Assembly (NCBI GenBank): GCA_951406725.2
Contig: OX597818.1
Span: 85,436,001 to 85,500,000 of the forward strand
From: Octopus vulgaris
Lineage: Eukaryota
Direction: 5' to 3'
DNA: 64,000 nucleotides
The notes beneath the pieces are model-generated. The model was not told the DNA's origin, ran no database searches, and saw nothing but the letters and a program-made list of their open reading frames with translations. Both the position numbers and the translations under genes were made by a program. Numbering within the stretch: the stretch's first letter is position 1; every line of letters begins with the position of its first letter. This document shows, piece after piece, positions 24,644-39,825 of this stretch.

Positions 24644-24721
24644 TAAAAATAATTATGGCAAGATAAGGAAGTTCATTTATAAAGATCACATGAAATCTAG
24701 ATAAGGGCACACATACACATA

Positions 24722-24885
24722 TATGACAGGCTTCTTTTCAGTTTCCCTGTGCCAAATCCACTCACAAGTTTTTGGTCAGCTCAGGGCTAATAGAATATGC
24801 TTATCCAAGGTACCATGCAGTGGAACTGAGTCTGGAACCATGTGGTTGGGAAGTAAACTTCTTAACCACATGACCACACCTGTAC
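24722..24885 (-). mobile_element. SINE-A 5' half
   Basis: ggcttcttttcagtttcc...ggaaccatgtggttgggaag. Confidence 0.8.
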
Positions 24886-25593
24886 CTATAACAATGAGAG
24901 AGAGAGAAAAAAAATCAAGTATGAATAAAGGTGATGATAAAGTAGTAGAGGAGATGAATAATGATGTGTGGTGACAATAATGATGGACTTGAGGATTATA
25001 GTGCTGATATGGGAAATTTTGTGTAGGTGATGATTTCAAGACATTCGTTTGAAAAAGTTTAACAACTAGTGGTTATAATAATATGGGCTGTAGAGGGCTC
25101 TTGTAGAAATCAATGGCATTCTAGTAGTAGTAGTAGGAGGCGTGGTAGTAGTTTCTCTAGTAGTGGTTGTAGTGGTGTGGTAGTCATAGTGGTTGTAGTT
25201 ACTTTAGTAGGTCATAAGTGCGAATTGTGTGTTTTCAAGCATTTGATGGCTCACATCTTGAAGAGGGAAAATGTTCATAGCTTTGATGTGGTGTACTGAA
25301 GTTAGCACATCTCCAATGCTACAGCAACAGTGGTTATTGTTGGGGAAACATGTTAAGGATGTTAGTGATGATGGGGAGATGTGTTAAAGATATTTGTTTG
25401 TGGTGGTCATGATTATAAAGATTTTGGATTTAGTCATATCATTAGAAGTTGTTATGGTGGTGCTATAGTCTTGTGGATATGGTATTTGTGGTACCAGTAG
25501 TGATGGTGGTTGTGACATAGAAGTGCAGTTAGTTTAGTTATGTTGCCAGTCTTCATAATGACTTGTTAATTAGTAGCAGCAGTTGTGATTTCA

Positions 25594-26490
25594 TCCTTTT
25601 TGATACTAATCCACCAGAAACTGCCCCTGGTTGTAGGATACAAGCTTCCTGTTTAGACATGGTCTAAATTAAAATCTTCCATCAAAATTTTATGTTTATG
25701 ACACAATTATGTTACTAAATTCTTCATTTTTCTCAAAATAACTGAAGCAAAAATAGTGTTTTCAACAGAAATATGATAAGTAGCAAAAGGGTTATTGATA
25801 TTACTACCTTTGTTTCAATTAATTTTTAAAATAATGATTTAAGTGAAATAATTTTCTCACTATCAAGCTGGTTTTTGAAAAGATGAAATTATATGAAAGT
25901 TTGACATAGGGTTTTAATTTAGATCATGCTAAGACCTTTGCTACCATATTTCTATTGGAAACACTGCCTTTGTTTCAATTAGTTTTGAAAATAACGAAGA
26001 ATCTTGTTAAATAACTTTGTCATTGTTAAATAACTTTGTCATTATTAAGCTGGTGCTTGGAACATATCATAAAATTTTGGTGGGAAGGTTTTTACTTTAG
26101 ACCACTTATGCTTTTTGTTAACATTTCTGTTGAAATACTCTGGCTTCGTTTCAATTAGTTTTGAAAATAATGAAGAATTTAGTGAAATAATTTTGTCATT
26201 ATTGGGGTTGTGTTTACAACAGAAATTAACATGAAATTTTGATGTAAGACTTTTGTTTAGATCACTTTAACCTTTCAGCATTCAGATTATACTGTCAAAT
26301 TATTTATGCTTATTTATTCACATTGTTTTGAATTAGTCATGCATTATCTTGTAGTTTTGAGATTGCATTGATATGATTTCTTATTTTTAGAATGATATTA
26401 TAAGATAGGTATGAGAGGCCAAATCATGCTGGCTTGAACATAAAACAGGTACAATATTTGGGTCAGATGGTTGGTAAATATTAAAGGGCT
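25594..26490. mobile_element. Cluster of piggyBac-like MITEs: MITE-2 forward, three inverted tandem MITE-2 3' segments, then MITE-1
   Basis: Repeated gtttcaatta.tttt.aaaataa...tttaga[t/c]ca units about 140-175 bp apart; MITE-1 begins ttaacctttcagcatt at 26267. Confidence 0.75.
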
Positions 26491-26675
26491 ACTCTCTTTA
26501 CTCTTTCTCTTTTACTCTTTTACTTGTTTCAGTCATTTGACTGCAGCCATGCTGGAGCACCACCTTTAGTTGAGCAAATCGACTCCAGGACTTATTCTTT
26601 GTAAGCCTAGTACTTATTCTATCGGTCTCTTTTGCCAAACCACTAAGTTATGAGGACAAACAGAAACAAACATAT

Positions 26676-26720
<45 letters not shown>

Positions 26721-26826
26721 TATGATGGGCTTCTTTCAGTTTCCACTCACAAGGTGTCACGCAGTGTGACTGAACCCAGAACCATGTGGTTGGTAAGCAA
26801 CCTACTTACCACACAGCCTCTCCTGC
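26491..26826 (-). mobile_element. SINE-A with internal deletions
   Basis: Well-conserved tail with repeated ctcttttact units, plus the head. Confidence 0.85.
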
Positions 26827-26954
26827 TAATGTACTAAAAATTTTCTTTTCTGAATATTTACACCTAAAATTTGAGATGCATGTAATGGGCACTTGTGTCT
26901 TTTACTCCAAATATGGGATATTGTTAGTCATAGCTGCAGTAGTAGTATTAACTC

Positions 26955-27162
26955 TTTTATATTTAGATTACCCTGTCAAATGTGAGATTTATCTATTCAC
27001 AGTTTTAAAAATTATCTTCTAAGTTTGAGATTTTGAATATGTTTGTTTACTTTTAGATTAACATTGTAGGATAGGTATGAGAGACTGGTTCTGGCTAGCT
27101 TCAACATAAAATAATTTGAATATTTGGGCTGGATATGGTTGGTTTAAATACTAAAGGGTTAA
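26955..27162. mobile_element. piggyBac-like MITE-1
   Basis: Ends tttaaatactaaagggttaa. Confidence 0.7.
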
Positions 27163-27801
27163 ATTGTAGTTGGGCTGGTGTATTGGTTCTAGTTGTTTCA
27201 GTTTGGTAAAGCTGACATTAGGGGGAAAGATATTGTACTTATGTTCTAAGTTCAAATTCTGCCAAGGTCAGCTTTGCCTTTTATCCTTTCAAGGTCAATA
27301 AAATAAGTACCAGTTGAGGACAGAGGTCGATGTAATTGATTTAATCCCTTCTCCAAAATTGCTGGCCTTGTGCCAAAATTTGAAACCAATATAAGTGCAA
27401 GTTTTGTAGTACTCTAAAGAAGCGGTCTTTTATTTGGCAAAATTGTTATCTTAAAGGGTGTGATTCTTGTTTGTGGCAGTAGTTGGAAGTGGCGCTCAGT
27501 GGCAGCAGCAGCAACAACAATGGTGGTGGTGCTGGTGGTATGAGGTTTATCTTAAAAATATATCTTGGCAGTAGTTTCGGTTTTTTGGTTGTTTTCAGGA
27601 AATGTTAACTGTAGTCATAATGTTGATAATAGTAACGGTCTGGTGAGATGGCCTGTCATAAAGATGGAATAATCTTCATGGCTGTGATGGGTGAATAATG
27701 ATGGTGGTGGTGGAAAATGGGGGTGAGTAAAGATGTGGAGGTCGTGGTGGTGGTGGTAGTAGTAATAGTATGGAAGGTATTATTTTCTTTTCTTGGCAGT
27801 C

Positions 27802-29136
<1,335 letters not shown>

Positions 29137-32070
29137 AGTTAGTTAATGGATTTCTTCAGTAACAGACATAGGTCACATGGTGATGAGCTGATTGTTGGAG
29201 CAAAGTGTAGCTTTCTGATACTGCTGCTACTAGCAGCAGTAGTGGTGATAGTGATGGCAGTAAGAGCCTTAAAAGGGTTGGGATTGTGCTATGGTTTGGA
29301 TCAGTCATAGCATGTAAAACCAGTGGGGTATGGCAAGAGTTATGTTGTATGGTATTAGTTTGGCATCTTTCCCTATAAAATCCAGAATCCTTTCACTTCC
29401 TCTTTCTTCCACAATGTCTTTTCTACTCACCCCTTGTCTTTTTTTTTATTTTTTAATATTTTTTTTGTTATCCGTAATTCCCATCCCTTTCCATGTTCCT
29501 TTCACCGCATCTTAATTTCACTTCGTCTACCCACTCCATGCCATGTATCCTTCATGCCGATCACCTTCCTATCTTATTCTTCAGTATCCATACTCCACTT
29601 TTGCGCCATATCCCCCACCACCATGGACATCTCTCCCCTCCATAATGCGTATAACTCACCACCATCATCATCATCATCATCATCATGCACTCCCACCTCC
29701 CCACCTTTGTTCCCAGACACTCACCCACCCTGCCACACACACCACTCAATTCGTGCAATCCCAACTCTCACGTTTTCCAAGTTCTATTTCGCATGAATTG
29801 TTTTGGAAAGAATCATCATCATCATCATCATCACCACCACCGTCATTACTACCACAACCACCATCACCACCACCCATCACAATCATCATCATCATCATTT
29901 GTATCAGCTTCATCATTTGTACAATTATTCTTTCCTTTATTTTTTTATTATTTTCTTTCAGCTCCTTTCTTAGTTCCTTTTAATTCTTTTGCATCATGTT
30001 ACCACCGCCACTCCTATCTTTCCCCACCCTGCCAACACCATTGTTGCTACTACCAATACCACCACCACCACCCCACCACTACTACTACTACTCCTGTTGC
30101 TTTCTAAATCACCCTTCCATCCTTTCCTTCTTGTTACCACCCACTGCCCAGCTTGAACCCTGATCCAGTTCTTTATCTGCACACCTCCACCCTTTCCCAG
30201 TTTCTCTGCATCCCTTTCACCCTTTCTACAAATTATTATTCTTTTCTCTTTCTTTTTCTCTTTTCTCTCTTATTATATATAGTCATCTCTACTTTTTCCT
30301 CTTTTTTCTGCTTTTGCTTCTCTATTAAAGTCTTCTCTCCCTTTTTCTCCCTTCATAATTTTTCCTCATATCTCTCTTGTCTTCTCTCCCTTTTTCTTCA
30401 CCCTTCTACCATAATTTTTCTTCCTCCTCCTCCTCCTCTCTCTCTTTCTCTCACTCTCTCTTTCTCTCTTCATTATTTTCCTCTCCCCATTTTCTTCAAC
30501 TCAAAATCCCTATTGTTAATCTCACAGAAACTCCCCTAACACATGATGGCACCACTACCTACCACTGTCTGCTTCTGCAGCAGCAGCTGCACCACCACCA
30601 TGTCTGAAACCCCGCCATACACACACACATACACCATCGTATCAAAGCACACTGCAACACACCCCTATCCAAACACACACACCACTAACAGCAGGCACTG
30701 CGGATATAATGCAAGCTGGGATCAGCAGCTTGTTGCAGCAAAATTCCTCCACAGAAGTTGTTGCATTTCCAGCATGCTAACTCTCCTCTACCATCATACA
30801 TCTTACTGCTTGCTCCCTTTTTCCCCCCCACCCTTAACGACTCCCACCTAGCATCTCCCTTCTGTAGTAGTTACTCCCTTACAACTTCCCTCCCTCTCGT
30901 ATCACAATTTTGTCTCTGTCCCTTTTTATTCTTTCTAATCCTTTAGAAAATGCAATGCCTTTCATCTTTCCAAGTTTTTCTTCATCTTGTTTCTTAGGGA
31001 CTCTCAGAGAGCTTCTGAACATGTTGAACGTGTAGAGGGAATTTGTCACGGTGAGAGAAAGAGGGAGACAGGCGGGGGTGAATTCTTCCCTATTTTTGTG
31101 TTTTCTCTCCTTTTCCTTTATCCTAACTCCCCTATTTTTTTTTTTTTTGGTGAAGGGAGTAGTTTTTTCTTTTTTTCTTTTATTTCTTAGTCCTTTTCTT
31201 GTTTCTTCTGAGCCTTAATAACGATTTTATTGTTTGTAGTCTTTGTGAGTGAGAAATTGAGAATGTCTGGATAATTGGAACATGTTTAAAGAAGAAGCAT
31301 GCATCCTTCCATTCACTATTATACAACTTACAGTTGCTGCTGCTGCTACTACTATGGCTGCTGCTGCTGCTGTCATTTTAATCAGTCACATCACCATCAA
31401 CACTATTAACTAGTACTCCCAAATATTACAGCTACTACTAACATTACCATTAAAATAGCTACTACTACTAGCTCAGTCACTCATTACACTATAAGATCCA
31501 TTATTATCATTGCTGCTACTACTACTTTTACTACTACTAATAATGATGATAATAATAATAATAATAATAATGATGATAATAATAATAATAATAATCCTTT
31601 CCATTATAGGCACAAGGCCTGAAATTTTGGAGGAGGGAACTAGTCGATTATATAATGCCCACAACAGCAGGAGTACTGTCAATATTGATTAAGATTGTAA
31701 TGTTCTGAGCACTAAAAGAGCTCCCACCACCAACCCCACTGGCCCAGTCAATTCAATGTGGTGGGTTATATATGGCTCCTTTTAAATAAACTTCTGCCCA
31801 TCATAACACTAATGAATATTCTTTTAGAAACATAGTATCTTAATCCATTACTCAATATATCACTAATGGACCTTTATTAAACCTTCATAATGTGGGATCC
31901 ACATAGCGTAATAGGGTAGTGGGAGCAAGTGTATAAATTCCCCATCGTAGCAGTTCTATGTATCCCTCAGTAAACTCCCTATTGTCAGATGAAGCAGTCA
32001 GGGAGCTGCTATGTAAGCCAAGGCTTGTCATACTCTTTTATCAAGTAACTCCCTATTAACATGTATATGT

Positions 32071-32553
32071 AGGCATCATTGTGTGGTAAAGTGTCTGCTT
32101 ACCAATCTCATGGTTCAGTCCCACTGCTTGGCACCTTGAGCAAGTATATTTTTTACTATAGCCCCAGACCAACCAAAACCTTGTGAATGGATTTGGTAAG
32201 CAGAAACTGAAAGAAGTCCATCATGTGTGTGTGGGGGTGTGTGCATGTTTTATCTTTTACTTGTTTCAGTCTTTGGACTGCAGCTATGTCTGGTCACTGC
32301 CTTGGGTTTAGTCAAGCTAATAAATCCCAGTACTTGTATGTCTGGTACTTATTCTAATTAGTCTCTTGTGTGCTGAACTGCTAAGTTACAGAGCCATACA
32401 CAAACCAACATTGAACGGTGGTCAGAGATAAACACAAATCTACACACCCACACACTTATATAGCAATAGGCCTCTTTCACTGTCTATCTACCAGATCCAC
32501 TCCCAGGATTATTAATGACATTTTACCAGGGTGCTGCACAGTGGGACTGAACC
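32071..32553. mobile_element. Inverted SINE-A pair (plus head 32071-32222; minus copy 32253-32553)
   Basis: ggttcagtcccactgc at ~32112 and gcagtg-like cagtgggactgaacc at ~32539. Confidence 0.78.
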
Positions 32554-32967
32554 CAAATAATATATATTTATATATATCTATAATAATAAACATGAAATTC
32601 TGTCTGTCCAGCCAACTGGGACCCCTATATCTCCTCCTACATTTACTCTACATACCTTTTTGGAATCAGGATGATCCTGGGATAGAAATTCTGCCCTTTA
32701 TTTAGTTCTTGAACATCCAACATTGAGATCTGTTCTAGATGAGGATTTGTTATATGCTAACAGTTGAAAATTCAGATATTAAAAGAACTCAAAAATTGGT
32801 TAACTTACAAGTTTTTCATTTAAACTGAATTTAAAGTAATACCATTTTGGTAGGGTACCAATAAATTTTCTAATTATTATTGCTCTCTTTAGCCTGGGGC
32901 AACAGGCCTAATTTTCCCTCTGCAGGAGCTAGCATAAAAGTCCACATGGAGTGTGGCTTTTAAGATA

Positions 32968-33007
<40 letters not shown>

Positions 33008-33056
33008 TATATATATATACTTATGTAATATAAGTTTTCTGTATCTTCGGATTTTA

Positions 33057-33208
33057 ATATGCTAGTCCACTGGTTTTAAATTGATTAATAAATTAATATT
33101 CAATTTTTCACCCTTTTTAATTTATTTATATATATATATATAAATTAAAAAGGGTGAAAAATTGAATATTAATTTATTAATCAATTTAAAAGCAGTGGAC
33201 TAGCATAT
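33057..33208. repeat. Near-perfect inverted repeat, ~68-bp arms, 16-nt AT loop
   Basis: atatgctagtccactggttttaaattgattaataaattaatattcaatttttcaccctttttaattta versus its reverse complement at 33141-33208; one mismatch seen. Confidence 0.95.
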
Positions 33209-33566
33209 ATATATATATATATATATATCTTTGTGTGTGTGTTCTTTAAGACTGTTTTTCCATGCTTACATAAGCTGAGTGTCAATTACTTGAGGTATTG
33301 TTGTTACAGCCTTCCTGACTATAACCCTTGATGCTCCTCCTAATGCTTACCCTTATTTGTTTTCCACTTTCTCAACACGATCACAAAAGCCCAAAAGTGA
33401 TTAGACAACTTGTTGGTAGATGAAACTGATATGACCACCACCACCTGCTGCACCTCCATAAAGGCAATCACAGAATGCATATGCAAACACATACACAAGT
33501 ATACATATATATAATACCAATTTACATAAAAGAACACACATGCACACACACACACACACACACACA

Positions 33567-33722
33567 CAAGGGAGTGTTGAAAAGTTCCTGGCTTTAAGGG
33601 TATCGTGAAAGACCTGGTTGCAGGCCCAACCTTCCAAGTTCTTTTACAAGGTTTAGAAAAACTGAAGGACCGCTGCAATGAATGTATGAAACTGAGGGTG
33701 GAATATGTTGAATAAAATCATT
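33567..33722 (+). mobile_element. Mariner-derived non-autonomous fragment
   Basis: TIR-like gggagtgttgaaaagttcc; reads LQGLEKLKDRCNECMKLRVEYVE* (stop 33713-33715), the mariner transposase C-terminal G-x-x-KL-x-x-R-x-x-x-C...Y-V-E motif. Confidence 0.75.
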
Positions 33723-33728
33723 ACATAT

Positions 33729-34084
33729 TATCTTTTACTTGTTTCAGTCATTAGAGAGTGACTACCACCTTGTAGATATTTTTTAGACAAACAAATCAAC
33801 CCCAGGACTTATTCTTTTTAAGTCTGGTACTTATCCTATTGGTCTCTTTTGTTGACTCACTAAGTTACAGGCACATATACACACCAACACTGGTTGTCAA
33901 GCAGTGGTGGGACACACACACACATATGTACACTTGAGTCTTCTTTCAGTTTCCTTCTACCAATTCCACTCACAAGGCTTTGGTCAGCCCATATCTATAG
34001 TAGAAGACTCTTGCCCAAGTTGCCATGCAGTGGGACTGAACCTAGACCTTTGTGGTTGGGAAGCAAGCTTCCTACTACACTCAC
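33729..34084 (-). mobile_element. SINE-A, full length, truncating the mariner fragment
   Basis: Colinear with the SINE-A consensus blocks. Confidence 0.85.
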
Positions 34085-34104
34085 ACAATATATATATATA
34101 TAAA

Positions 34105-34312
34105 CAGAGATGCAGCACGGATTTTTGTCAGTGAACAGGTCGCGGTCTTAAAGCGACGAAAATATTTTGACAAATTAAACTTAAATGTTGAAGTGAATCG
34201 AACAGCTTTTGTGTGTTTCTTAAATTGCTTACAAACGCCTTCCACGCTGCAATTGTTTTCGTTTCAGCACACGATCTCAGATCAAATCACTTGCTATGCA
34301 AGTACATCTCCG
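34105..34312. mobile_element. Unclassified ~208-bp CpG-retaining insertion in (ta)n with short imperfect TIRs
   Basis: Ends cagagatgca / tacatctccg; (ta)n on both sides; many CpGs relative to surroundings. Confidence 0.5.
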
Positions 34313-34348
<36 letters not shown>

Positions 34349-34919
34349 TCAACAAGAATGATATACTCAGTTAATTTATTTTGCTATATATTTCAGTGTT
34401 CCTAGAGAATCAGTTTCATGATTTGTATGTATGCTTGTGGTCATTGTAATATTTGAAAAATGGCTGTTATGAAGCAGATCTTATTAACACTATCATCAAA
34501 ATAAAATAAGCCCTGGGGTTTTTTATCTAGATGAATAAATGCCTTTGTCTTTTTTACACTGGTCTTGTGAAATCGATCTTCCCTACCTAGCATTTTACAA
34601 TGGTTCTGTCTATATTAAACTGAGCTAAACTGTGGTAAGCTCATTCTGCTATTACAACTACCACCACTACTACTACCGGGGCTGTTAGAAAGAGATCAAA
34701 ACAAGTGTTTGGTGCTGATTATGATGCTGATGGTGCAGTTAGTGTTGATGTAGCCAAGTGGTGATGACGATGATCTCATTATAAATAAAGGATCCTTTCT
34801 CATCTTCCAACATTTTTTTTTGTTCTTCCAACTCATCTAACAGGTTAACAACCCACCCCTGTTCCACTCATTACTGATCACTGACCTTTAAATGGAAAAA
34901 AAAACACTAAAGGATAACT

Positions 34920-34969
<50 letters not shown>

Positions 34970-37900
34970 GGTATATCTATCCATACATATACACACAAAT
35001 ACAGAGAGTAGAAAAGTTATACATGTATGTGTCTTACCTTCTGCCCAATAAAATAATTAAAAATAAAAATTACCAGAGAATTAAAAAACACATAACAAAA
35101 CCCAAAAACAATGACTACAGTTTTGTTCCACTGTTAGTTTACTTTTTTTTTTGTGCTTTTTACTATTTATTCCTCTTTCAACATTTTTGTTTGTGTTCCA
35201 GTTGACTGATTACTCTCTTTCCACCCTCTTTACCCATCACATACCACCCTCCACTCTATTATGTATCCATCCTCTTCACCCTCATATCCTACCCTCCTGG
35301 ACATCAATATATACCCACTCTCTTCACCATCATATACACCCACTCTCTCCGCTATCATAAAGCCACCATCTACATCCTCATATACTAACAGCCACCCTGA
35401 CCCTACTCTCAATATATCCATGCTGTTTTATCATCCATCTTGTCTGACTTAAGTAGTAATAATATTCTGGAATTATTTTGAAAGCTGTTGGGGGTAAGAG
35501 GCCTGGCTTTGTGAGTAATTTATATAATCTATAGCATTTTGGTGGGGGGTTTTTTCTCTCTCTCTCATTGATTGAAAAGAATTCAGTCAGCGCCACTAAA
35601 ACTTATTCATTATCGTAATTATTATCGCCATAGATATCAGCACCCTTAATATTATCGTTTCATCATAATTTTTTCATCATTACCGTCATAGTCATCATCA
35701 TAATAGTTGTTGCCAGTGTCATCCTCATTAATTTAATATCTCGTTATTGTCTCAGTAGTTTTTTTTTTGTTTTTTGTTTTTTATACTTTTAATTGTGGGA
35801 CTGTAACTAGAGTAGAAAATACAACAGTAATTATTATCAAATTTTTAAATAATTTTTTTAGCTTAAAATTTGTTAAGAATTTTTATTTCATTTTATATAA
35901 TTTCATGAATTTTGTTTCTATTACGCATCTTGTGTCCCCCATTCTATTTTTCATTGTTTCCCTTTTGTTCTTGTTCATTTAGTAAAGTTCCTTTGGGACC
36001 ATCATCATCATCACCTTCATCATCACTCTTGTCATCCTATTTTGAACACCCATGTCCTATGTTGGTATGGATTGGATAGTTTGACAGGATCCAGTAGTTC
36101 CAAGGGTTGTGTTGTGTTCCATTATCTGTTTTGGCATGATTTTCTATGGCTTCATTTGTATTTTCTTCATGATGCCAACTGCTTTGGAAAATTATATTGG
36201 TTGCTTTTTTCATGACATCAACACTTACTTGAATCTTCTAAACATTTTCTCTTCAATTTATAATTCATGTTCTTGATTTGGATAGATTTTGTCATGGTTT
36301 CTATGATTCGATGCCCTTCATGATGCCAACCGTTTTAAAAAGTATACTGGATGCATTTGTCATAGCATCAACTCTTACTTCAAACTTTAAAACATTTTTC
36401 ACTTCAATTTATAATCTATGCTGTGCTCAGTTTGGACAGATTTGGTCCATTCACTAAGCATTTTTTTAACATTGCTGTCTCTTGCTTTCATCCATCTCCA
36501 TCTTTTTCTCAATCATTCTGCCTACAAATATAGTGGTGGGCTCTGAACTTCTCTATGTAATTCAAATATTAATTAATTAACAACCCAAGCAACTGCACTT
36601 TCCTATATCTCTGGTTGTTTATAAAGCATTATTTTCAAGTCTTTGGTTGGTTATCAAATTGTTGTGGCATTTTCTAAATTCTAAGACAAAATTCTTTTGA
36701 AAGATAAAGTAGTTGTTGTGGTTACTATTTTGTAATTTCTTTTTGTTTTATTCAATGGTTCTGTATTATTTATTTATTTTTTTCTTAAAGTTCTTATCTT
36801 GAGCATTTATGTATGGCAAGGTTATTAACATCTTTGAGAAATTAGATCTTAGCTTTTTATCATGGAACACCTGCCATAGCTCAGCATTGTTGGCAATATA
36901 TAAAACAAAACATTGTGGATTTCCTATCTCAAACCTGTTCTTTAGCTATTGGACAACTAAATCTATTCTATATCTCCCTTTCAGAGAAGGTGTAGGAGAG
37001 AGAGAAAAACAAACAAACACTAGGATCTTAGAGAGTTGTATGTCACCCATATTGTACACTATCAGCAAAAGAGTGTCATATATAGGTGTCATGTGATATT
37101 CTTGCTTTGAAAGATAAACGCAATATTTGTCATGGTTTAGTAAATGATATTTCATGGACAATATATTCTCACAGATTAGTTACTCTGGATTTCTAGAATT
37201 GTATTTTACTCTTTGAATCATTAACCTCATCTATCTCTTCCAATCAATACATTAATGCTTGTTGTCAAGCCATGGTAGGTACCTTCTAAAGCTGTGTATA
37301 GAAATATGTACAATGCAACTAACACATAAAGGGAATTAAATAAGTTATATCGTCGTCATCATTGATATTTGCTATTCCATGCTTACAGGGGTTGTACAGA
37401 ATCTGCTGAGGTAGTTTTTCTAACAAGATGATATTTCCCTGTGGCTGGACTTGTTTTTATGGAAGACTGGAAATAAAGGACACCACTTCTTAGGCAGTGA
37501 CACTTATTTGTAACTATCATGCACTGCAATAGCAAGGATTACACACATACTACATACATACATGTATAGGCATCTCTCACTCTCTCTTTCTATATATATA
37601 TACACATATATATGTGTGTGTGCGTGTGCGTGTGTGTGTGTATTGTTGACATCTTAAGAATCTATAAGCTTGAGAAAGCATGAAATAGACTTTTTTATAT
37701 CCCCAAAAAGTGGGGTTTAACCCAAAATTTACATACTATTATTTATAGCTTTCTTGGCTTCAAGATCTACCATTTCAAAAATTGAATTATATATAAATAA
37801 ATCATCATCATTTAACATCTGTTTTCCATGCTGACAATGTGTGTGTGTGTGTGTGTACAACATAATGTAACAATGCAATAATATATCCCCTTGATCCAAA

Positions 37901-38002
37901 TTGCACTTGGAACATCCAATGCAGAGAGGTTCCAAGCCACCACAACAGAGAAATGTATGTGAAGAACAAATGATATAAGCTTATGTTTATTTAGTCACAC
38001 AT

Positions 38003-38037
<35 letters not shown>

Positions 38038-38051
38038 TACATACATGCATA

Positions 38052-38374
38052 GTGAAGGTTTGTGGCTTAGTGGTTAGGGCATTCTGCTCATGATCATAAG
38101 GTCGTGACTTCAATTCTCGGCAATGCGTTGTGTCCTTGAGCAAAACACTTTGTTTCATGTTGCTCCAGTCCACTCTGCTGGCAAAAATGAGCAGTACCTG
38201 TATTTCATAGGGCCAGCTTTGTCACACTCTGTGTCACACTGAATTTCCCTTAGAACTACATTAAGGGTACAGGTCTGTGGAGTGCTCAGCCACTTGCACG
38301 TTAATTTCACAAGCAAGTGGTTCCATCGATTGTATAAGTTAGGACCCTCATCATCATAACCAGCGGAGTGCTCC
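38052..38374 (+). mobile_element. SINE-C (tRNA head plus CORE-like domain), full length
   Basis: A box tggcttagtgg, B-box-like gacttcaattc, then gttgtgtccttgagcaaaacactttgtttcatgttgctccagtccactctgctg. Confidence 0.82.
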
Positions 38375-38421
38375 TTTTCATATAAATATACAAATATACA
38401 TATATATATATATATATATAA

Positions 38422-38463
<42 letters not shown>

Positions 38464-38669
38464 TTATAGTCAACAGATGAGATCCAGAGATTCTTAGTAC
38501 AGAAAACACTTAGTAGTGCTCAAATGATTCAAACTTGGACTCTGATGTCTTTATAGGCAATCAATTCTACAGGGTAAAGAATGGCTGTAAGAAGGATCAA
38601 CTTGAGCAGATATGGAAGCTTAATTGCCTGTGTGTGTGTGTGTACAACAGATTACTTTCTTTTTTTCTT

Positions 38670-38737
<68 letters not shown>

Positions 38738-39772
38738 TCTCTCTACCCCAGTATTTTTCATATTTTTTCTTAATGTAATTATTTCTGTCATTCTGTTCTA
38801 TTCTCTTGTTTCTTTCTTTTCTGGATATGTTGCTGAACCTGTCATATCCAAACCTATCTTATTTCTTTTTACCCTCCATCCCACCTGTTTTTATGTTTCT
38901 GTATACCACCTGTTCTTCGATCTTCATGACACCCATGCAGAACCATTATACCTCCTATACACCACAGCATGCAATCCCACCACCACCACCACCACCATAC
39001 ACAATTTCTCTTAGATTAATACCAAACCTTAAATCACGTTACATACTCAAATACACATGTGCACATACATTCATACATACATACATAAACTTGTTCACTC
39101 ACATACCCATTCATGATATGCATATGTAAAAGAGCGAATGTAAGCTACATTCATTCATTCACTCACTCACACACATACACAATGTGCCCTCACACATGCA
39201 CTTGGACTCTACACACATACATGTACTCTCATATGAACATGCACTCATATACACTCACTCAGCCACACATACACACACACACACACATACCCATACCTAA
39301 TACTCATGCACATACGCACAGGTATGTAAACCACACACACAAAACTAAACTACAGTGATCAAGAATTAAGAAAAGGAAAGAAAGGTAGAAAGAAAGCAAG
39401 TAATCAGTAAATGAGTGTAAGAGTGGGAGGAGGTTGGTGGTGGTGGTGGTGGTGGTGATGGTGGGGGTATGCAATGAGAAATTCCTTTACAAAGAATCAA
39501 TGCAACATCTTGGGTTATAATACACTTATTGTTGATGTAGTGGTTTCGGTTATTACCATTCTTTATGGTGCTTACTGGCATCTCTAGATATTCCCCATTG
39601 CTTCTTCTCTTCCTCTCTCTTGCCCTCCTTCCCTCCCTCCTTCAGTCTCTCAACCATTGACACTGCACAACAATCACTGTTCTACACAGATACACACATG
39701 CACTTAGAGATGCAGAAATGCAAGCTTACTCACGCATTCTCTCTCTCACTCTCTCTCTCTCTCTCATTCCCT

Positions 39773-39825
<53 letters not shown>

